In this document: piece by piece, positions 55,936 to 64,000 of the stretch
Numbering within the stretch: position 1 is the first letter of the stretch
How the letters are laid out: every line of letters begins with the position of its first letter
DNA from: Raillietiella orientalis
Taxonomy: Eukaryota
Direction: 5' to 3'
NCBI GenBank assembly: GCA_036172245.1
Contig: JAYWIR010000016.1
Coordinates: 2,542,001 to 2,606,000 of the forward strand
Length of the DNA: 64,000 nucleotides
Translations under genes and position numbers: made by a program
The notes under the pieces: model-generated
The model's input: only the letters and a program-made list of their open reading frames with translations
What the model was told of the DNA's origin: nothing
The model's database searches: none

Positions 55936-56410
55936 TTAACTTTTTGTGCTGAAATAGTTTTGCATTGCGTCATCATGGATTGTACATGGCAGATTTTGCT
56001 CGTTCGCAATCTGCTGTTGTACACTGGTTGAGTATTCACAAGATGAGCTTGCACGATGGTGCGACCATCTACGAGGTGGTGGTGGTGCGCGGGAGGTGCA
56101 GTAAATCATGGCATCCCTGTATGATGGGTTCGCCATCGGTTCCCCAGTGGAAATGCAGAGTATTCGATTTCGTCTGGTCTGGTTCCTTCTGCCCCCCTTC
56201 ACAAGCAGATGGGAAGCTTTACTGTGGCTTATGAAATTGGCTTTTTGTGGCCTTCCATGTCCTTTTTCAAGCCCAAGTTCATCAGAGGGTGGTCTATAAA
56301 ATTCACGAACGAAACCTGAAACAGATTTCTGCGGTTCCGATGGAGAACTGCATGCAGCCTTCGCAACGTGCTTCCTCATTTTCATTGACGATGTCGAACT
56401 CGTCAAGATT
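55936..56410 (-). mobile_element. Decayed non-LTR (CR1/L2/Jockey-like) endonuclease remnant
   Basis: FYRPPS motif followed by NQTRRNRIL, resembling the APE motifs YRPP and PTRG.NILD; heavily decayed. Confidence 0.35.
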
Positions 56411-59400
56411 GTCGATCGAATCAGTAATTTTGGAATTGCTCATTGACCCTGCAGCACTCCACTTTAGTCAGAGTACCAACCCTTGCTCTTGCTCTGCCCC
56501 CCGTTCACAAACCTCACATTCCACCCGCATCTTCCCCGTCCTCATCTCTTTCCCTCTGTCCCCTACTCTTTACAGCCTGCTTTCCGCTAGGGTCCAAATT
56601 CACGCCGACAGATTTCGGCCCCTGCAGCATCAGTAATGCAGCAGTGCGCTGTTGGCAATGGAAGTGCGGTATTAGCCACGCGTAGGTCTGATTTTGGCTC
56701 CAGCGATTTTCGAAAAAAAAAAAAAAAAAAGAAAGAATCAAAACTTTACCGAACAGAGGATGTCTGACTCCATCTGTAGAGATCTTAAAAGTAGTATTCC
56801 TGTAGAGGCTGACGGGAATAGAAGGAACGAGCTGTTTTCAAGTTCGTTAGGTCGGAAAACCCACCTGGTTTTGGCTGGTGACCCCTCATAAGGCGGATCG
56901 GTGGGACGCGACACAAAAAATGGCGACAGTCCTTGTATAACGAGGTGTATTAGCCACGTTCAAAGCTGCGGATAAGTTTCCATTCTGTGGTATACTGTTA
57001 TTGCGGCTGGCTGTGAAAAGCTGCGATTTCAGTAGGGTGGTGAATTTTAGCTTCCTTCAGATTTCGTGAAGAAAATCTCTCAAGAACATGCGTTTTTCAA
57101 CGACGGGGATGACGGGGGCTGAAACTGTGGAGTTGTTCAAACGGATGAAATGTCCACAAAACTTAAAGGCTTTTTTTTAAAAAAAAAAAAACTTCAAGTG
57201 TAAATCATAAGTGTTGAGAAATTTCATTTTTTTTTCTTTTTGTTTTCAGTTGAAGCAAATATCCTACTGTTACAGCATTCAAGGCACATTTTCCGTCTTT
57301 TCTAAATACTGTCATATACTATATAAATAACCCATGGGGCTCGTATTGCGTGGGGAATTGCATCCTCCGCGTTGTACGGGGGCCTGCCGTGTCCTTTAGC
57401 CGGCCGTCGGTGTCTGATGGGAAGCTGATTGGTTTCTGTGGTGTCTGCGTTGGTCCTCCCCACGAAACGAGCGATCGGAATATGGTCGCAGCCTCCTATC
57501 ATTCGGAAGCCTCCCCATCTCTTCCCTCCATCCTTTTGAAGGTGCTGTTTTTTTCCTTCTTCCGCTTCCCCGATCCTTACCGGAGGAGGAAGATTTTTCC
57601 TCCCAAGCTAGGGAGTTGCTCTTCTCGATGGACGGTGGGTCGCCGGTGCTGCATTTGGTGACCGGGTCGTGTCGTTCCTTTCCCGACTCCCATTCGCGGA
57701 CAGACGGTGTTCTGAGCCCATTCCGTGTTTCGTGTAGAGTGCACAAGCTGCAGGGTCACAAATCCGAGTCACCTAATGGATTTCGAATTCGATCATCGCC
57801 TCATCATTTCAGGATTTCACCGTTTTCTTTCGACCACGAAATCGTAGTTAAAGCCGTGAATTCTGTGGGTGCGACCGAATTCAGGAGTGCTTTCATAATC
57901 TTTTCTCGGATCTTTTTCAGAATCTTCCTCGCCACATCGTGCACATCTTATTTATTGGCGGTTTGAGTGACGAAATTGTGTGTTTGTAGCAACGTCAAAT
58001 TACGTGTCCGTGCACCAAAAGTGATGATACGAACGCTAAAAATGTGTCACGTTTAGGTTGCAGATATGTGCCGATGAAGAAGACCAGCCTTAATGGAAGA
58101 ATCCACGGAAGAGCATTGCCTTCAGATCGCCAGGATAACGATTTTCTTGAAAAGGTGTTAATAAAATTCTCACAAGACGTGCTGTTTGTTTGTTTTCTTC
58201 CCCCTTTCTCGGATTCCCATTCCCAGCCCGTGTACCGTTCTTGGTGCCCTAAAAGCGGGTTATTCGCAGTGGGGCCATCAGATCGTTCATTCTGAGCACG
58301 TAGGTTCACCTCCTCCCTCCGTACACCTGCTGTTTGGAATTCTTGCAGCGCTGTGCCTGGAGAGTGCTTTTGACCTGTTCCTCCCTTTCGTGGTCTTTTT
58401 CTCATCGGCTGGAGAGCTGCCTTTGATCTTTGCGAGAGTGGAGGAGCGGTGAGCTGAAGATAGCAGCGTGATCCTCCGTGGAATTCAGGATCGTTTTGCT
58501 CTCGTAGTCGCTTTCCAGTTTATCCTTGGGAACCATCCATTGGTTTGCATGGAGTTTACCGTTATGTGAAGTGGGTGGCCCGATTGGGGTGTACACTCGA
58601 GCTGCGACGAACTTTTCAGTCCACTTCAATTTTCCCTTCTGTGTGCGATGGTGCTATGGATACGCACGCTTCTCCTTTTCCTATTATTTTGTGTTACCTT
58701 TGTTTATTTTGGTTTCGTTCCTCTGATTCCTGCCTCCGTGGAAATTCATAATTTGCTTCGAATTCACGGAAACAAGGAAGCTCAAGTAACGATGTATCCA
58801 ACATCCATTGGTCGGTTTCACACCGCAGGGGATGCTGTAAGACGTGCAATCGCTCTGGTCAGCAGTATCCAAGCTTGGAGCTCGGCTGTTAAAAGCGTAG
58901 ACGTGACCTCTTCAGATGTCCGCTGGAAGCACTCAATTCTACGTCTCGTCTGCGACGATCCATTTCCAAGAGGGTTCCTGCGTTGGGGTCTAAATTCCCA
59001 ATGTTTTTTATTTATTCATTCATTTATTTTTCAGATTCCTTTCGGAGATTCAGCGCGAAGTTTTCACTGCGCGAAATAGCGTTCAAGAAAGAAGGGACTC
59101 GGGGGTGCGTCCTTATTTCCCTTGAGGGATGGTTCCGTGTCCACCGTCAAGCAAGCTGGTTCCGGGGTTCGTTCAGGCCTCCATGCAAAGGTGTTTCGGT
59201 GCTCCCGAACCTGCTCCTGCGTTTGTTCACCCGAGAAGATTTTCCCTTCGAGCGTGATGTTCGCGTTCATTCAGCATTCGTCCTATGTTTTACGTGGCTC
59301 AAGAAGACGGTCGCCTGCACTTCTGTGACGAGTGCTTTCGTTCCTCTTCGGAATCTCGACTGTGTGCGAAGAGAAGCACGGGAGCGCTCGTACATCGACC

Positions 59401-59781
59401 AACAGCTTTCGGTCAGCGTGAAGAATACAGTTTTTTTTTTTTTTCCCCCAATCACCGAAGACGTAGGAAAAATCCAAGGATTCCCTCAAGTCACAGTTGC
59501 TGCGTGAATAAAAGAGAGGGAAAGTGCGAGTCGGTCCGTTCTGTCCACTTGCAGAAGATCGCGGCTCACCGGGACATTTTTTTCCCCTTCATCTTCTTTC
59601 CAGTTATCCGGGAGGCCATGTGCCCCAATGGCAATTTCTGAAGGAAGAGCCGGTGAACCACGCAGCAACACATACCCGGGGTCACCCCGTTTCCCTTAAT
59701 TTATCAACCGGGAATTGCATGAAGGCACCCATATTGTATAACGGACTGACTACTTGACCGTAATATAACCTAATACTTGAA

Positions 59782-60910
59782 TGGCCAATGATCTTCATTT
59801 GTGAAAATTACCGATTGTCCGAGGCTCCAGATGCTTGGAGACTGGCGGGGGGAGGACCTAGCGAACGAATCGCTCCCTCTTCAGGGAGAAGGAGAAAGTC
59901 GATCCCAACGGGATATTCCCCCCCCCCCTTCCTTGAGGGGGGGGTATCCTGGGTTCCCCCGCCCGAAATTCCGCAGCTCGTCGGACGGGCCCTGCTCTCG
60001 TGGGGTCAGCGCCCTGCCATGTGTGGCAGCTGCGGTGCGGACCGGCGATGACGCCCCTGCCACGCGGTGGGATTGCGGGTGGAGGGGCGGCATGGGTTAG
60101 GTGCCTGCAGCAGAGGCGTCGTGGTCAGCTTTCCGCCAGCGGGGGACACCGCGGTTCGGCAGCAAGCGAGGCACCGACTGGTCTCTTCCTGAGGGGTAGG
60201 TGGGAGGCGGGAGAGGGGAGGGATGACGGCTCAGACTGGGGTGCTCCGGGCCGCGGCGGCGGGACCGCTTACCACTGCAACTGATCGCAGCTCATCTGGG
60301 AGAGGAACGGGGAGTCCATCTTCCTCATGACGGAGTGGACGGCGTGAAGGAAGGAGACGGAGTAGTTGAAGTAGACGGCGTGCATCTCCTGGGCGGCGCA
60401 GCGGCACAGCTCCATGTCCAGATCCGGAGCTGAGGGAGGGACGTGCGGCGCGAGAGGAAACGGCCGCAGGGAGCTGCACTTGCGAGCCAGTTGAAGAACA
60501 CGCAGCCCGTGCTCTGGAGCACCAGTAGCGGGGTCCGGTAGCTGGTGTAGTTGAAGGAACCCGTGGCGAAATGGATCTGCTGTATCCTGGGAAACGTCAG
60601 GTGCTTGCTAAAGCGGGGATCCGCGAAGCCGGTCCACTTCTCCAGGCACTGAATGCACTCCTGCATCCTCCTGCCAGAGGGCGGGTTTGAAGCACGCTCG
60701 GAAGGAACTAAAGTCGGAAGGGGGGAGGGGCGAGGAGAGAAAGGGGGAGAACGGCGGCGGGAACCAGGGAGACGGGAGGCTGCGTCCGTCTCCGGGGTCG
60801 GGTTCCGTCCGCCCGCAACGCAGTCCTTGCTACCGCTGACGCGGAAGAGTCTGTTCCTGGAGAGAACGATAACTGTGGCGAATGATCTTCATTTGTGAAA
60901 ATTACTGATT
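59782..60910 (+). repeat. Pair of 35-nt direct repeats (59782-59816, 60876-60910) bracketing a GC-rich island
   Basis: tggc(c/g)aatgatcttcatttgtgaaaattac(c/t)gatt at both positions, 2 mismatches. Confidence 0.85.
60125..60670 (-). CDS. Putative coding exons of an unidentified gene (5' exon not identified)
   Basis: GC3-rich phase-consistent exons 60670-60480, 60429-60273 and probably 60188-60125 with GT-AG sites: RMQECIQCLEKWTGFADPRFSKHLTF...VFFNWLA|TPDLDMELCRCAAQEMHAVYFNYSVSFLHAVHSVMRKMDSPFLSQMSCDQLQW. No family recognised. Confidence 0.45.
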
Positions 60911-62220
60911 ACCCTGAAGCACTGATTATCGACAGACTGAACTCCCTGGATGGAACAGGATACCTGAATTGAGCGGCAAGCCCGTGGAGAAACTGTCGCC
61001 AAACTGTCATGGAAACACCGCAAGGGATGCTCTCCAGGAGTATTCTCATGCGACATGGTAAGGAAACTGGGCTTGCACCAGGAGTTACCCGTTCGTCTAC
61101 TATTCCAGCAATAGCAGCGGAAAGGGTTATGGCGTGCAACTGATCCAAACGGAAAAGGGCCTTATAAGTGATGAGCGGCCCGCAAGGCTCTTTTCTGGAG
61201 CGTGCTGATGCCAAACTGCAGGTCCTTGTCAACATCTGTATCGCGTAGTCTTTAGGGGTTCGACAAAAAAAAACTTTTCCAACGTTCGCCGTCGACTCCA
61301 ATTCAAATCGCGAGCAAAGTGGGTTTCCACCCCTTTTCCATTCGCGTGTGGGTTTGCTGGGATTCCCGAATCCGTGTCGTGGCACGGGTGCAGCGCGCAA
61401 TCTTCCTCCCCAAGGCAGGGATGTGCTGAGGCAGTGCTGCATTCGAGCCTGGTGCGCCGAAGATGCGCGCCGGTCCATCCTATGGTTCGAGAAATCCCTT
61501 CCCCGCGTGCTCGTTATCTTGGGGGAGGGGGGCGAATCGAAAACGACCGGGACAGTTGCAAAAGAGGTCGTGACCGTACAATGGGACCGGTTAGCAGGCG
61601 CACGTGTGCTCTCAATCGTGTTCCTCTTGTAAAAACAGCTTCCGCATCTTGGTTTCCCCCTGAAACCACACTTTGCTAAAAATATGTTCGGGAGTTCATG
61701 TCCCGGTCCTTTCTTCCCCTTCCAAACATGGATTTTTCCGCGCTTGCCTTTGAGGTTGTCACCGGAAAGTGCGGAAATTTCGTTTTCAAGAATTCGCGTT
61801 CCCTAGGCGATTTAGGGTGTGGTGAGATTTTCCATCCAGTTTATCTGGTGTGTTGTTATTTGATCTCATTTAGCTACTTCCGGCTTCCGGAGCCTGCAGA
61901 CGTTCTCGGCGTCTCCTGGCAACTTGTTGACATAGCAGCCGTCGGTTTCTGAACGGGCGTTCAGTCGCAATTCGTCGAAGGGGATTTTCCACATTGCGAT
62001 AGTATTCGCTTTTTAGGTTTGCGAGTTCTTTTGCTTCTTTGATGCCCTGCCGTGATCAGTTCACAAGGTCGTTTGGAGGGTTTATCGTAGGCTACTGACT
62101 CAGCTTTTCTATATCATCCAAGAGGATGATGGAGAGTTCCATGTGGGGTGAACTCTGAACCCGCTGCATCGATTCCTTCTCAGTATTCGAACCCGCGGCG
62201 CTTGGCCGTGCCACGAGCGG

Positions 62221-62280
62221 AGACCACCGTAGCCACACGGCCTCAGACGCGGGCAGGAGGCCGTGTGGCTACGGTGGTCT
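62221..62280. repeat. Perfect 24-bp inverted repeat with 12-nt loop
   Basis: AGACCACCGTAGCCACACGGCCTC-agacgcgggcag-GAGGCCGTGTGGCTACGGTGGTCT. Confidence 0.9.
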
Positions 62281-64000
62281 GTCAGAGCGAGGCACGAGCG
62301 TTCCATTGCATGCGGTGCATTTGCGGTTGCTGCTTTGGTGATGCTGTTTTTGTACAGTGAACTTCACACCCATTCCTCAGAAGTGTACGTTGCGTGCACC
62401 CATTGCAATCTGAATGCGCATACGCGGGAACATTTATGACTCCCTGAGCAGTTTCTTTCATCTACTAACGACACCTGTGGATACCAACATGCCATTTAGA
62501 ATTTCACACAGGGAGTGGGTGCTTCCACCCCTCCACCCCCCAAGTGACTTCTCGGATCGGAAGGAGAGAAAGAATAACCAAAGTTTTGAATGCAATAACC
62601 GTTTCGTCTTCCGATCAATGCGAGAACTTTAATCTCGATCGACTACCCTGCGACTTTTTCATTTGGATTGCTTCCTTATCCAGGAGATACACAGTCGGCT
62701 ACGATTCTTGCAGCTGATCGGACAGCTTCCAAACTTCGACACGTCCACCCTATCAGTGTGACGTGGAATATGTCATCATATATTGCACGGACCCTGGATG
62801 AATAAAAGTGCCGTTGCTGATGTTTAGGAGGCGCCAAACTCAATTTCTTAAATGCGATGTCGGGAGTGTGCTCGTGGACTCGAGATGACAGGTAATGTAC
62901 TCTTCCGTGAATATACAAAAGCTTACACTTACTCTATAGGTTGTTGCGTAATTTAGCGGAAGCTAAAATTCGTGCATATTCCCAGATCTTGAAGAAACCG
63001 AGCCGAACGATTTTGGATACCTTGTTTCGGAGAGAAACGCGAGCAGGACGGCAGTCTTCAGTGCCAGCAGGTCAACAGGTTAACTTCCGCCAAAGCAAGG
63101 AGGCGGCGATGCTGGGATGCTGCTTTTTACGTTAATTCGTCAGCGCGACAGATGTGGTGCTTTGTTCGTAGATGCAATCCACGGCCTCCTTATCGAAGAG
63201 TCAGTTTAGGAAGACAAACGGCACAAACAACTGGCTTGAGATTCGAGGCGCAGCATTCCATGCGACGGGTCTTTACGTTTCTCTTGCCCCGGGAAGGAGA
63301 TGCTCACGTGCTGGATCGATCTCCCTCAGCTGCTGCACCACCAAGGGCACTTTTCTCGTGTTTCCGGCACTCGCCGCTTTTGCGAATCCAGCCGCTCCGT
63401 TTTCCAGGTCTCGTCTTCTCGTGCAGCGTCCTGACCGCACATCACGATTTGGTTCGCCCCTGGCGCTCCATCCCTCACGCCGCCTCTTTTGCAACGGCAA
63501 GGTGCGAGTACGGCGTGAGTATGCGGGGCATTCGACCTCGCGGAAGATAAAGGTAAGAAGAAAAAGGTCCTCGACAGCGTGTTGTGCCCGTGATGCAGTT
63601 TGCACACAAAGCTTGCGGTCTGCACGCTTCTGCTGGACTTGTAAAGTTTTCAGCTAGGAGCGACCTGTGAAGTTTAGGGAGAGGCGGTTTCCTGGATCCG
63701 GAACTCGTGCTTCGATGTGGCTGCACGTCTGTCCACGTGAGTGGCAACGTGGTTTCAGCCCCTTACGTTGGAGCTCTTTCGTTGCAGTGCGTGAGGCCCT
63801 CTGTGCAGATCACACAAGCGTGTACACTTTGCGCTTTACGCCTCCGGGCAGGGTGGCTGTTTGCTGCCGCGCGTTTGGTCAATCAAACTGTGGTTCCACC
63901 CCGTTCCTGGTGGCATCATCCGATATGTGAAAGAAGAACTCATGAATGTTGGATGGAACCCTTCTTTCCTCATCAAAGAGACTTGTTGCGATTTGATGCC

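Noticed and set aside
60911..61300. Non-LTR RT C-terminal remnant (LITYKALFR)
   Set aside because: One short motif only; insufficient support.

Overview
This is eukaryotic, intron-containing genomic DNA from an arthropod-like invertebrate, in three compositional blocks. (1) About 1-9.3 kb is a very GC/CpG-rich block carrying the 3' part of an ANKFN1/wide-awake gene. It has a GC-AG intron and a long inverted repeat flanking three exons. (2) About 15.6-53 kb is an AT-rich, CpG-poor cluster of compact housekeeping genes, many with 36-55 nt introns: an unknown coiled-coil gene, PSMD10, a kinase-less Mad3/BubR1, MRPL40, DPM2, SREK1IP1, UQCC4/CCSMST1, WDR46 and the 5' half of a Roquin gene. Two L1/Tx1-type non-LTR retrotransposons interrupt this cluster. 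(3) About 53-64 kb is an intermediate-GC region with TE debris and a small GC-rich antisense exon island. Top observation (a): a Tx1-like retrotransposon sits between a full-length U11 minor-spliceosomal snRNA gene and a second U11 copy starting at about nt 29, consistent with a U11-targeted retroelement that leaves an intact U11 upstream. Top observation (b): in one same-strand locus, SREK1IP1 is nested in DPM2 intron 1 behind an in-frame acceptor, and the UQCC4 ORF starts one base after the DPM2 stop (TAG-T-ATG). All homology calls are from recalled family motifs, not database searches.
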